A DNA stretch of 64,000 bases from an uncultured Bdellovibrio sp. (lineage in GTDB: Bacteria; Bdellovibrionota; Bdellovibrionia; Bdellovibrionales; Bdellovibrionaceae), in assembly GCA_963932905.1 (NCBI GenBank), contig CAWVRN010000003.1, positions 192,001-256,000 of the forward strand, written 5' to 3'. The first letter of the stretch is position 1; every line of letters begins with the position of its first letter. The notes beneath the pieces were generated by a model. It ran no database searches. It was not told the DNA's origin and saw nothing but the letters and a program-made list of their open reading frames with translations. A program made the translations under genes and the position numbers. Shown piece after piece: positions 10,444 through 20,146 of this stretch.

Positions 10444-10448
10444 ACTCC

Positions 10449-11084
10449 TTAAAAATGCACCATGTAGTTAAACGCCCATCCACCATCGAATCTCGCTCCC
10501 ACTTCCCAGAGCGTATTTTTCATATAAAATCTTAAAAACTGGGTCATTTCGATATTGGATTCATTGAGATGTTTCTCGCCTTGAAGAATCAGCCACACAT
10601 TTAAATCGGCATAGTCCGCTAAGAAAGGAGCTGTTCCAACGCGAAGTTTAGAGTGGTTATAATCCCGCTCTGGAAGTTGAGCATTTTGTTCATTACTGCG
10701 ATTTAAGTAAAGATGATCGAAGTAAATATAGTACTTTCGACTTTCCCAATCAGCGACGAACTCAGCTAGATTTACGCCATAATTTTTAGAAGCAAATTTT
10801 TCGTAGCCAGCACCGCCGCTTAAATAAATATTCCCTTGAGAGTCATCATTATTCCATCGCTTTAAGAGAAAGTTCACACGCGGAATGTAAAACTCAGATT
10901 TAGAATCCCGAAGATAAGTTCCAGCAACTGCAAAATGTGGGGTTAACGAGTAAGTTAGTAAGATCTCGTTCATCTCTGGGTTATTGTAGGACATCAAGCC
11001 CACGGCATCCTTATAAGATACTGGATGAGCGTACACAAAATTCGATGAAAGTAAGATCGAAGCTATTAGCAGACGTATTTTCAT
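10449..11084 (-). CDS. Exported protein, probable small outer-membrane beta-barrel
   Basis: Signal peptide, mature N-terminal His, aromatic-rich strands, C-terminal Phe. Confidence 0.6.
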   Translation of the reverse strand: MKIRLLIASILLSSNFVYAHPVSYKDAVGLMSYNNPEMNEILLTYSLTPHFAVAGTYLRDSKSEFYIPRVNFLLKRWNNDDSQGNIYLSGGAGYEKFASKNYGVNLAEFVADWESRKYYIYFDHLYLNRSNEQNAQLPERDYNHSKLRVGTAPFLADYADLNVWLILQGEKHLNESNIEMTQFLRFYMKNTLWEVGARFDGGWAFNYMVHF

Positions 11085-11103
11085 AGGGGTTACTCCTACA
11101 TAG

Positions 11104-11133
11104 GAATACGAATACTTTGATAGAGTTGTGACA
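11104..11133 (-). promoter_or_regulatory. Putative ECF sigma promoter for the 11084-9439 operon
   Basis: Minus strand TGTCACA-N16-CGTATTC. Confidence 0.75.
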
Positions 11134-11194
11134 GCTATACGCAGAACACTATTAAACGCTTGAAATCACTTAAGTTTAGCGTTTCAATTTGAGA

Positions 11195-11224
11195 TGTCAC
11201 AAACCGCTCGTGAGCGTCGTATTC
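11195..11224 (+). promoter_or_regulatory. Putative autoregulated ECF sigma promoter
   Basis: TGTCACA-N16-CGTATTC directly upstream of the sigma gene. Confidence 0.75.
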
Positions 11225-11240
11225 TATGTAGGAAGGGTTA

Positions 11241-11777
11241 ATGTCGAAAGACTTGAAAACAAAGTCAGACGAAGAACTTATGCAAAGCTATCAAGATGGT
11301 GGTGTCGCGGCTTTTGATGTCCTTTTTGAAAGACATTCCGGACGTGTTTTTGGATTTCTTTCTAAGAGACTTACAAAAAAGAAGGAAGCCGAGGATTTAC
11401 TACAGGAAGCGTTCTTTAAACTGCATCGTTCAAAGCATTTGTATAACTCGACGCTGCCTTTTTCACCTTGGTTATTTTCAATTACGCGCTCTGTTTTGCT
11501 GGATTTTGCTAAAAAGAAAAATTTAGAAGATCCAGTTGATATAAGTGATTTCGATAAAATTGCGATAGCTGAAAATCCGGAGATACGACACGACTTAGAA
11601 GGTCTCGTTTCGGCTCTGCCTCAAACCCAAAGTGAAGCGTTAAGTCTTCGCATTTATGAAGATAAAACGTTTGAGGAAATTGCTTCTCGTTTATCGACTT
11701 CTCCTGAAAACGCCCGTCAGCTTGTGAGTAGGGGAATTAAAAAACTCAAACAAGCGCTTGTAAGAAAGGAAGATTAG
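11241..11777 (+). CDS. ECF RNA polymerase sigma factor
   Basis: Region 2 (AEDLLQEAF, FSPWLFSI) and region 4 (TFEEIASRL..ARQLVSRG). Confidence 0.92.
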   Translation: MSKDLKTKSDEELMQSYQDGGVAAFDVLFERHSGRVFGFLSKRLTKKKEAEDLLQEAFFKLHRSKHLYNSTLPFSPWLFSITRSVLLDFAKKKNLEDPVDISDFDKIAIAENPEIRHDLEGLVSALPQTQSEALSLRIYEDKTFEEIASRLSTSPENARQLVSRGIKKLKQALVRKED

Positions 11778-11778
11778 T

Positions 11779-12309
11779 ATGGATTTAGGTCAAAAAAATG
11801 AATGGCTCAAAGACTTCACAGAGTTTTCAAATGTTACTTCTGATCAGGTTCCAGCTTCAGCTTATGCGAGGCTGAAGAAACGCCTGTTCCCCAGTCCTTG
11901 GATTGTTTTTGGCAAAATTCTAGGAGTTCATGCCGTTGTTGGATCTTTGTCTTTGGCCGTGTGTAACCAGTTTGGCCTTAATCCCTTTAATACTCAGCAA
12001 TCATTGACGGATTGGTTTATGAAAATCGCGGGTCATAACTTTTGTATGCTTTTGTGCGGAATGTTCTTTATGATGACCACATATATTCTATCGAATTTGA
12101 TTTTAACTTTTGAGGAAATTGAATCTGTTAAGCGACATGAATGGTTACAAACAGGAATTATTGGCCTTGTTTCATTAGCCGCATTCCATTTCTTTGGAGC
12201 TGAATTGATCGGAACATTTATGGCTTTGTGGATAGCGGGAGCTTTAATTGGCGGATACGTTTCAATTGAGGGAAGCTATCGATTCAGAAGAAACTTTTTT
12301 ACTGTCTGA
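11779..12309 (+). CDS. Membrane protein, probable anti-sigma factor
   Basis: Coupled to the sigma gene; about four TMs; H/C/M residues (H..C.QFG, HNFCMLLCG). Confidence 0.6.
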   Translation: MDLGQKNEWLKDFTEFSNVTSDQVPASAYARLKKRLFPSPWIVFGKILGVHAVVGSLSLAVCNQFGLNPFNTQQSLTDWFMKIAGHNFCMLLCGMFFMMTTYILSNLILTFEEIESVKRHEWLQTGIIGLVSLAAFHFFGAELIGTFMALWIAGALIGGYVSIEGSYRFRRNFFTV

Positions 12310-12491
12310 TGAAATTATCCTCCTTCTATGATCAAAAGCGGGTTGGCTCAAGGTAAGATTAGTAAATCACGAGCAAAGAGTTACTACAAGAAAACAGCAC
12401 GAAGTCAAACCTCCCTTCGTGCGCTTTTATAAAGTCTTGAAATGAACTTCAGCCTTTAACAAAAGGCTATTAAGTGTGAGATTTGAGCTAT

Positions 12492-12920
12492 TCAAATTAA
12501 AGGAAACAGTGATTTTTTTAAAGTAAGGAGATGTTTTTCAATCAAGTCACGACTAGTTCTGAATCTTTGCATTTGTTCTTCGCTTGAACTAGACTGCCCT
12601 ACGGGGTCATCTACAGGCCAATGAAGCTTTTGGGCCGTTTTCGATGGCAAAACCGGGCACACTTCTTCAGCGCAAAGTGTGATCACGAAATCTAGATCAC
12701 TCATAAATTCAATTGAAAGGTCATCAATCGATTTTGAATAGTTCTCACTGATATCAATACCAATTTCTTTCAGAGTCGAAATTGCGAATGGCTGAACTTT
12801 CCCACTCGGATTCGAGCCTGCACTTTGAATTTCAAATGTATCGCCAAGTATGGACTTAGCTAGCCCCTCCGCAATTTGGCTTCGCGCTGAATTCGCTACA
12901 CAAAGAAATAATATTTTCAT
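12492..12920 (-). CDS. arsC: Thioredoxin-type arsenate reductase (LMW-PTP fold)
   Basis: CVANSARSQ P-loop, TLCAEEVCP, HW..DP. Confidence 0.9.
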   Translation of the reverse strand: MKILFLCVANSARSQIAEGLAKSILGDTFEIQSAGSNPSGKVQPFAISTLKEIGIDISENYSKSIDDLSIEFMSDLDFVITLCAEEVCPVLPSKTAQKLHWPVDDPVGQSSSSEEQMQRFRTSRDLIEKHLLTLKKSLFPLI

Positions 12921-12935
12921 ATCTAGATTCCTATT

Positions 12936-13634
12936 TTAAATTTTCTCAAGGTTAATCTTTAAATTGTGTTCTTTTCGTTCGCTGTAGCGATCAACCAAAA
13001 AATCGCGAATATCTCTAGTTAAAAATGTAAACTTCATTAACTCTTCCAGAACGTCAACAACCCGGTCTCGATATGAAGATGCCTTCATTTTCCCATCTTC
13101 ATCAAATTCGTTGTATGCCTGCGCCACAGAAGACTGGTTCGGGATAGTTAGCATTCTCATCCAACGTCCAAGAATGCGTAAAGTATTAACTGCATTAAAT
13201 GATTGAGATCCGCCCGAAACTTGCATGATTGCAAGAGTTCGCCCCTGAGTTGGACGTACTGCATTTAAACTCAGCGGAATCCAATCAATTTGATTCTTAA
13301 TTACACCAGATACATTTCCATGCATTTCCGGAGTAACCCATACCTGCCCTTCAGACCATATGCTTAGCTCGCGAAGTTCAGCAACCTTTGGATCACCCTC
13401 CGATTCCTGATCAAATACTGGAAGATCCTTTGGATCGAAAAATTTTATCTCAGCTCCCATCTTTTCTAAGATTCGTCCACACTCCTGTGCCAATAATCTT
13501 GAATACGATTTCACTCTAAGTGATCCGTGCAAGATAAGAATTTTAGGTGCGTGTGTCGATGAATATAATTTGGAATTCTCAGGTTTAAAATGAAAGTCGA
13601 CTTTATCAAGGTATGCAGGAGATTCTTTTTTCAT
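12936..13634 (-). CDS. arsH: NADPH-dependent FMN reductase ArsH
   Basis: [27 protein letters not shown]. Confidence 0.95.
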   Translation of the reverse strand: MKKESPAYLDKVDFHFKPENSKLYSSTHAPKILILHGSLRVKSYSRLLAQECGRILEKMGAEIKFFDPKDLPVFDQESEGDPKVAELRELSIWSEGQVWVTPEMHGNVSGVIKNQIDWIPLSLNAVRPTQGRTLAIMQVSGGSQSFNAVNTLRILGRWMRMLTIPNQSSVAQAYNEFDEDGKMKASSYRDRVVDVLEELMKFTFLTRDIRDFLVDRYSERKEHNLKINLEKI

Positions 13635-14698
13635 TTTGCCGCCGATGTAGAAATTTTGATTGAGTCAAAAAAATAGTTTCGCTTAATCCATAGTGACACA
13701 TGAACCAAACCTACAAGCACCGGGACTTCTACCAATGGACCAATAACCACAGCAAAAGTCGCCCCATGACCAATTCCGAATGAAGCGATAGAAATGGCAA
13801 TAGCTAGTTCAAAATTGTTGGAGGCTGCGGTAAATGACAGGGTTGCAGACTGCGAGTAGTCGGCCCCAGCTTTTTTGCTCATAATAAATGAAATTAAAAA
13901 CATAGTTAGGAAATAGATAGTTAGAGGAATTGCGATTCTAACCACATCAAAAGGCAGTTGAAGAATTTGCTCTGCTTTTAAAGAAAACATGAATATGATC
14001 GTCAGAAGCAGAGCAATCAAGGTAATTGGACTTACACGAGGTAGAAATTCTGATTCGTACCAGTCGTTACCTTTCTTGGATTTTAAAATTGCACGGGTAA
14101 CTATGCCCGCAGTGAATGGTATGCCTAAATATAAAAGGACGGACTTAGCCACATCTAACATGGAAATCTGAATTTCGGTTTCTTGCATATTAAGAAAATG
14201 AGGAAGCCACTTCAAAAAGAAGAAGGCATAAAAAGGAAATAGAAGAATTTGGAATATTGAATTGAAAGCCACAAGTCCAGCGCAATATTCTGGGTCCCCG
14301 TCTGATAAGTCATTCCACACAAGGACCATGGCAATACAGCGAGCAAGACCAATCAAGATGAGGCCAACCATGTAATCAGGATATCCTCGAAGGAACAAGA
14401 TCGCTAAAGCAAACATAAGCAAAGGGCCAACGATCCAGTTTTGAACAAGAGAAAGTAATAGGACCTTCTTATTTTTAAAGACTAAGCCAATTTGTTCGTA
14501 CTTAACTTTTGCAAGTGGCGGAAACATCATCAGAATCAAACCGATTGCCAAAGGTATTGATGTTGTCCCGTAATTAAATTGATTAGCAACCCGAACCAAC
14601 GACGGCGCGAAGTTTCCAAGTACCAAGCCAAAGCCCATCGCTAGAAAAATCCATAAAGTAAGATACCGATCAAAAAAAGAAAGTCTCTTTTCCTTCAT
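13631..14698 (-). CDS. acr3: Acr3 arsenite efflux transporter
   Basis: [38 protein letters not shown] overlaps the regulator stop (TGATG). Confidence 0.95.
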   Translation of the reverse strand: MKEKRLSFFDRYLTLWIFLAMGFGLVLGNFAPSLVRVANQFNYGTTSIPLAIGLILMMFPPLAKVKYEQIGLVFKNKKVLLLSLVQNWIVGPLLMFALAILFLRGYPDYMVGLILIGLARCIAMVLVWNDLSDGDPEYCAGLVAFNSIFQILLFPFYAFFFLKWLPHFLNMQETEIQISMLDVAKSVLLYLGIPFTAGIVTRAILKSKKGNDWYESEFLPRVSPITLIALLLTIIFMFSLKAEQILQLPFDVVRIAIPLTIYFLTMFLISFIMSKKAGADYSQSATLSFTAASNNFELAIAISIASFGIGHGATFAVVIGPLVEVPVLVGLVHVSLWIKRNYFFDSIKISTSAAK

Positions 14699-15102
14699 CA
14701 GCAATTTCCTTCAAAGCAGTCGATAATTCGACAGCAAGCCACTGCTTCCTTACTTTTTGCACAGGCAGCTTCTATCTGCTGTAGGGACTTTTTCATTCGT
14801 TGCAGATCTTTAATTTTCTCCTGAATTTCCGCAATCTTTGACTCTGCACGAACCTGAACATCACCACAGGTAGCTCTCATATCAGTATTCATAAACAACA
14901 GTTCCTGAACCTCTTTTAACGTGAATCCTAAGTTCTGAGCGCGTTTGATAAAAAGAATTCGCTGAATAGTTTCCTTGGGATAATGTCGGAATCCAATTCG
15001 TGTCGATGGCTTTTTAATAAGGCCCTTACGTTCGTAAAATCGAACAGTTTCTACCCCAACACTGGCTTCACTCGCTAATTTTCCAATAGTAAAATCACCC
15101 AT
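14698..15102 (-). CDS. MerR-family metalloregulator heading the ars operon
   Basis: [20 protein letters not shown]; Cys at TCGDV plus C-terminal C..CC..C..C. Confidence 0.9.
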   Translation of the reverse strand: MGDFTIGKLASEASVGVETVRFYERKGLIKKPSTRIGFRHYPKETIQRILFIKRAQNLGFTLKEVQELLFMNTDMRATCGDVQVRAESKIAEIQEKIKDLQRMKKSLQQIEAACAKSKEAVACCRIIDCFEGNC

Positions 15103-15107
15103 AACCA

Positions 15108-15139
15108 ACTTTAAACTCCGTACCATAGTACGGAGTCAA
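15108..15139 (-). promoter_or_regulatory. MerR-type operator/promoter
   Basis: TTGACT-20 bp-TAAAGT enclosing the perfect dyad ACTCCGTAC-N4-GTACGGAGT. Confidence 0.88.
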
Positions 15140-15240
15140 TGCAGAAACGGAAACTTTTTGTAGGCATGCGATAATTTTGTGCATTTAAAGTAGAGCATCG
15201 AGAAATTCCACTAAAAATGCCAAAAAAATCGGAGGAGAAA

Positions 15241-15316
15241 TGGTGGTCTGTAGTGGACTCGAACCACTGACCTCGTCCATGTCAAGGACGCGCGCTACCA
15301 ACTACGCTAACAGACC
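15241..15316 (-). tRNA. tRNA-Val(GAC), element-borne copy
   Basis: GGTCTGT/ACAGACC acceptor stem, CGTCC-TTGACAT-GGACG anticodon arm, GGTTCGAGTCC T arm, encoded CCA; 76 nt. Confidence 0.95.
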
Positions 15317-15457
15317 AATTTAGACACACTAAACTTCGCAAAATCGATTTTGCTTAGCTTGCTACCAAGCTACCAAACCCCAGACAGCTGTCGGAACCTT
15401 GATACTAAATTCTTTCGAATTTCTAGCGACATAGAAGAGTTTGTTTTCCTGATGCAG

Positions 15458-15485
15458 TTCCATGTGAAGGAAGCGCGCTACCAAA
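15458..15485. repeat. Relic internal att-like site
   Basis: ttccatgtgaaggaagcgcgctaccaaa matches 2033-2060 at 27 of 28 positions. Confidence 0.8.
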
Positions 15486-15915
15486 TTCAGCGCTTTACAA
15501 TTCATCACTAAGTAATAATCAAAGGCCTTTCGTTTTCAAATTTTTGAAAAAACAATCGCGCAAACGGACCGCTCCAAAATTGCTTGAACATCGATTTGGT
15601 TAAGCTGATATAAAAGTTGGTTTTAGGACAATTAATGATTTCTTATAGGAAACGGCCGAACTCGTGAAAATGGCCGCAGCAGAGGGTTTAGAAGAAATAT
15701 TACGGTGCATTATAGTGCCGTTCTGCACGATTTATCTTTCTCTAGTCGATCTTAATGTTAGCATTATTTAGAAAAGAAGATCGGTTTCCCCGGCCAGGGA
15801 AACCGATCTTTAAAAAATTATACAACAGCGGTGGCTGAAGAATATTTTTCCGGTGAATAGATCATATAATATTCAAAGCCCTCCGCAACAAAATAGTTTG
15901 CATAGGAGGGAATCA

Positions 15916-16917
15916 ATGCAAAAAGTCGAGAAGTCCCATTTCTCTACATCAGGGAGAAAACGGGATAGCACAGCAACAGATATCAGTTCAATAATTTATG
16001 CACTCAACAACTTTAGGAAAGAGCGCCTAGCTTATATTCTGGAGCAAAGTGGATTTGAAACAGATGGTGAAAAAGAACATCTGATTAGGCACATTACAAT
16101 CGCCTTACATAAAGGCACAATGGATTTAGAATTCGTAAAGGATTGCGTTTTAAGTTGGGAACCATGGAGTCGCCGTCACGTGTTTTTTTTTCGCCACGAT
16201 GAACTTCAACAGCTTGACCTCGAAACCATTGTGCAAGAGATTCCAAAAGAATATAGGCATCTCGTAGGACGAGATCGTCGTTATCTTAATTCAATGAAGA
16301 TAGAAGTTGAGAGTATCGAAATTAGTCCATCTAAGCTAAAAATGTTTATGCGCGCACCAGCTCTCATTGAAATCAGAGAGCAAAGCGAAGATGAATTTGG
16401 ACACGACAACGGATTAAAGAAATATGCATACCGCGACGTTAAAATCAGAAAAATCTATGTTTTTGAATTAGACATCATTAGCGGTACTGGGTTTGTATCC
16501 ATTCCATCCATTCAATCGAAAAGTAAATACACGAAAGAAGCGGAATTAGTTTTAAAATTCGTAAACAGAATTTTCCCGAGTCTTTCATTAAACAAAATAC
16601 AAATCAGGGACTCCATAAGCAATTTGCGATTGTTAGAAAATATCAAAAACAAAGGCCTAGATGTTCATATGGGCGAACTCAAAGCCTTGTTTAGGTCTAC
16701 TTCTAAAAAAGATCTGGCTGACGAAGACATTCCAGAAGAGGTCTCGAAAATTATCGACGAAAATCATTTGGAAGAAGGAATTTTTGAAGTAGGCGACTTA
16801 GAACTGAAAAAGATCTGTAGTATGAGAATCTATAAAGATAGTCGTTTAGGTATTTTCCGAGACATTGACGAAGAAGAATTCCGGTATGTTTGTGAAACAG
16901 TTCTTACCAACACATAG
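15916..16917 (+). CDS. Hypothetical cytoplasmic protein (candidate defence gene 1)
   Basis: ORF with GGAGG RBS before the ATG at 15916; no family recognised. Confidence 0.65.
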   Translation: MQKVEKSHFSTSGRKRDSTATDISSIIYALNNFRKERLAYILEQSGFETDGEKEHLIRHITIALHKGTMDLEFVKDCVLSWEPWSRRHVFFFRHDELQQLDLETIVQEIPKEYRHLVGRDRRYLNSMKIEVESIEISPSKLKMFMRAPALIEIREQSEDEFGHDNGLKKYAYRDVKIRKIYVFELDIISGTGFVSIPSIQSKSKYTKEAELVLKFVNRIFPSLSLNKIQIRDSISNLRLLENIKNKGLDVHMGELKALFRSTSKKDLADEDIPEEVSKIIDENHLEEGIFEVGDLELKKICSMRIYKDSRLGIFRDIDEEEFRYVCETVLTNT

Positions 16918-17800
16918 GCCCCCGTTCGAAAACGTAGATCTTGGTCTGATGGATTATTTGTCCATGAATGAGGTGGGAGCTACTTTTTTTCTGTCGGATT
17001 TTGATTTTTTAGGAATCCCAACAGGTAAATTGAACTCGTCAATTCAAATTTTGAGAGCACAGGGGTATTTGGAACTTCAGGAATCCTTGGTTTGCGAGGA
17101 CTGCCTTAAAGCAGTTTTAGATGAAGACATTTGTGATTTTTGCGGAGGTTCGGTTCTTGGAATCAGTGAAACTATTCAAAAAACACTTACTATAAAGAAG
17201 CCGGTTATGCGCTCCGAAGATTCAAAATGGCCCATAGACAACCGTTACTTTGAATCTAGTGTTATCGCGGTATATTCCAACGGCAAAGAGCATTCATACC
17301 GGGCAAACATTAAAGATTTTGAACTTTCTATCGCTGCATCCGCACTCATTAATAGTCTGCCGCCCGTCTATTTTAAAAACGCAGATGCGGTTTTGCATCT
17401 ATTATCGTCAGAGCACTTTAGGCCAAAAAATCGCCGTAGTCCAAGACGTTACACTTACAAAATCAAGATTAAGGAGAAGAAAAATATGCAATCGGTAACC
17501 ATAAATGGAAACAGCAACAAAGTTTCGCAGAGTATTCAAAAAGATGAGCAGAAGACTGAGATAGCAATTTCAGAAATCAAACATCATCTTGAGGAACTCA
17601 TTTCTAGATTAGACGCAAATGATCCCGAGCAATTAGAAATGAAAGAAAAAATCGAAGAGATAAAATCGTTAGATAGTGGTTCGTTTCTATCAAAAGGCAA
17701 AGACATTACACAAATGACATATTATCTTTCATCGATGTCTGATTTAAAGATTCCTGCGATCATCGCCAATATTCAGCATTGGTTAAAAGACTTATTCTAA
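16886..17800 (+). CDS. Hypothetical protein with CxxC..CxxC zinc ribbon (candidate defence gene 2)
   Basis: Overlaps the upstream gene; CEDC and CDFC; helical C-terminus; start uncertain. Confidence 0.65.
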   Translation: MFVKQFLPTHRPPFENVDLGLMDYLSMNEVGATFFLSDFDFLGIPTGKLNSSIQILRAQGYLELQESLVCEDCLKAVLDEDICDFCGGSVLGISETIQKTLTIKKPVMRSEDSKWPIDNRYFESSVIAVYSNGKEHSYRANIKDFELSIAASALINSLPPVYFKNADAVLHLLSSEHFRPKNRRSPRRYTYKIKIKEKKNMQSVTINGNSNKVSQSIQKDEQKTEIAISEIKHHLEELISRLDANDPEQLEMKEKIEEIKSLDSGSFLSKGKDITQMTYYLSSMSDLKIPAIIANIQHWLKDLF

Positions 17801-17881
17801 CTAAAACAGGGAACCGAGACTGCTTGAGTGGCAAGCTATAACTTTCAGTCTCGGCGCTTTGGCATATATACCTGCGGACTA

Positions 17882-19294
17882 TTAGGCTGCTCGGCCTCTA
17901 GCGTTTATTGGTCGAATTTTCGAAAGAGCATCGATACAATATCGATCCGACATTCCAGCAATATAATTTGCAACGGCCCGTCTTGGATCTATTAATTCAG
18001 GGTTTCTGTGCGCAAAAGAAACATGATGCCGCATACTTTGTGAAAGAAATTTGAACTCGTATTGTTTATCAAAGCCAGACTCGCTAAGTGGTTTTAACGC
18101 ATCGGTCATCTCACCGATAACATTGTTCGCCAGTAGGTCCTGCTCCACCACCTTGTCTTGCTTAAGAATAAATTCGTCGTAGCATGTGCGTTTTACGTCG
18201 TAATATATTTGGCCAGCCTTATTTCTTCTATCATTCCAATAAAGAAGATTGAGATCGGCTTTTCTCTTAGGTTTGTCACATTTTTTAATCCCCTTTTCAT
18301 CTATGAATTGCTCAAAGGCATCGGGTAACTCGTTAATATCTTCTATTTTTGAAACTACACTCTTTATTCCATCAAATACATGCATTATCATACTTTTCAT
18401 AAGGTTATTCCGAAATTGTTCTACCAGTTTATCCTTTTGTTCTGCATTGGAATCCGAATCGGTACTCGCAAGTCCATTCATTTTTGTAATCAGTTTAATC
18501 CAGGATTCTCGCGTCTCTTGGTAGTTGGAGTCTAAAATTGGCAATGCTTCTAACATTTCAGCTAGTACGTTCAGGACTTGGTGGTTACTAAACTGAATGA
18601 AGTAATCTACATAATCTTCTAAGTCAGAACAGATGTAGGCTATGTCATCTGCTGCTTCCATTAGAATACCCGCTGGATGCCTCACATTCTCAAGCCCAAG
18701 TTCATTCATCAATGACTTCAATTTGAATTTATCGGTTGAATAGCAATTTTTTTCCAATTCCGGCTTCTTAAGCGTAGCCGCGACTAAACAAGCCGTCGGG
18801 TCAATCCCCTCATAAAAAAACTCATTTAATAGAATATGAACAACTTGTTTGTTATCGTCAAAACCGTCCAACAATCCGTACTTTCGGGTTAAAGACTCTC
18901 CCAAAATTTTTGCGCCAGAGTGTCCGAACGGTGCGTGTCCAATATCATGAGCTAAGCAAGCAGACGCTGTAAGCTCTTCAAATTTTACTAGGAATGACCA
19001 GTAAATATCTCCAGTTAGAAACCCGTGATTCTTCAGTTGATAAGCGAGTTGCCTAGCTAACTGCCGTCCGATTTGCGACACTTCTATTGAATGAGTCAAC
19101 CTGCTACGAACATGATCATTCTCTGGAAGTGTGTAGACTTGAGTTTTTTTTGCCAATCTTTTGAAAAAATTCGAATGAACAATCATTCCGTAATCCCTGT
19201 GAAATACGTTGCGTGAATTTTCCGAGGAGTTTTTTGAATACACCGCCAAACTTCGAGCCGAGATTTCTTTCATCCAATTATTTCTTTTAAGCAT
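17882..19294 (-). CDS. dgt: HD-domain dNTP triphosphohydrolase (dGTPase)
   Basis: FKRLAKKTQV, RSRLTHSIEV, AHDIGHAPFGH, EAADDIAY..SDLED, YIAGMSDRY. Confidence 0.92.
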   Translation of the reverse strand: MLKRNNWMKEISARSLAVYSKNSSENSRNVFHRDYGMIVHSNFFKRLAKKTQVYTLPENDHVRSRLTHSIEVSQIGRQLARQLAYQLKNHGFLTGDIYWSFLVKFEELTASACLAHDIGHAPFGHSGAKILGESLTRKYGLLDGFDDNKQVVHILLNEFFYEGIDPTACLVAATLKKPELEKNCYSTDKFKLKSLMNELGLENVRHPAGILMEAADDIAYICSDLEDYVDYFIQFSNHQVLNVLAEMLEALPILDSNYQETRESWIKLITKMNGLASTDSDSNAEQKDKLVEQFRNNLMKSMIMHVFDGIKSVVSKIEDINELPDAFEQFIDEKGIKKCDKPKRKADLNLLYWNDRRNKAGQIYYDVKRTCYDEFILKQDKVVEQDLLANNVIGEMTDALKPLSESGFDKQYEFKFLSQSMRHHVSFAHRNPELIDPRRAVANYIAGMSDRYCIDALSKIRPINARGRAA

Positions 19295-19510
19295 AGACTC
19301 CCCGTATTTTGTTTTGTATTTAATCGTGAAGTCTTAAGATATCTTGAGTTAAACTTTGTTGTTTATCAATTCTCAGATTTAGACAACCAAAAGGTGTGTA
19401 AAAATAAACCAAATAGGTTTATTTAGTACCGAATTGATATGCATACTGTAAGAATTAATTGTCTCAACTAGAAAAACTATTAAATTAGAACTATTATTTT
19501 TAAAGGAAAA

Positions 19511-19534
19511 TCCGGACAGAGTCACCTCTGTCCG
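19511..19534 (-). terminator. Probable intrinsic terminator
   Basis: cggacagag/ctctgtccg stem followed on the minus strand by ATTTTCCTTT, just after the stop at 19541. Confidence 0.6.
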
Positions 19535-19540
19535 ACCAAA

Positions 19541-19963
19541 TCAGTTGATTTTAATAACACCCATTTTGCGAGCATCTTCATCCAACCAACGCCGTTGCTC
19601 TTCCATCGTCATAGTATCGAAGAAGTCAGCCCACTCTGCAAGGTGCGGAGAAGTCGGCAGAAATCCTGGTCCGCGCAGAAAATCTCCAAGAGGAGTTCCC
19701 TTATGCTCAGGCAATTGCAGGCTTCTAAATCTCTGGATGATAGAATTCAATTCACCTTCAGAAGCTTTGATTAAAGCCTCCCATTTAAAGAATCCATACT
19801 CTACCGCAATTACATGCTGAACACGCATCAAAGTAATTTCTTCTGAATCTTTAAGTACTCGCAGAACACGAGCTTTAGCTTCGGCCTTATCCGCCTTAAC
19901 TTGTTTAAATAACTTTCTCGCTTCATTTTTGAAAAATTCAATAGGACTAGATTGAGTAGTCAT
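19541..19963 (-). CDS. Small protein with the helical N-terminal domain seen in 'glyoxalase superfamily'/ankyrin fusions
   Basis: FKNEARKL...LMRVQHVIAVEYGFFKWEAL pattern; AAGGAG RBS. Confidence 0.6.
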   Translation of the reverse strand: MTTQSSPIEFFKNEARKLFKQVKADKAEAKARVLRVLKDSEEITLMRVQHVIAVEYGFFKWEALIKASEGELNSIIQRFRSLQLPEHKGTPLGDFLRGPGFLPTSPHLAEWADFFDTMTMEEQRRWLDEDARKMGVIKIN

Positions 19964-20146
19964 ACATCTCCCTTTAAAATAACTCGCTATATTGTTCGCA
20001 AATACGAGTCATAAAGTTAATGCTGACTCTTAGAAGGTTTGACCATAAGTCTTTGCGCGAACGACAGGCACAACCGTGCACCCATGTCACAATAATGCCA
20101 GAATTTCGTCATTCGAGTCAATAGCTCGACAAACGAAATTTAAAAC

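Noticed and set aside
14698..15139. Mercury resistance operon
   Set aside because: No merA; the genes downstream of the operator are acr3, arsH and arsC
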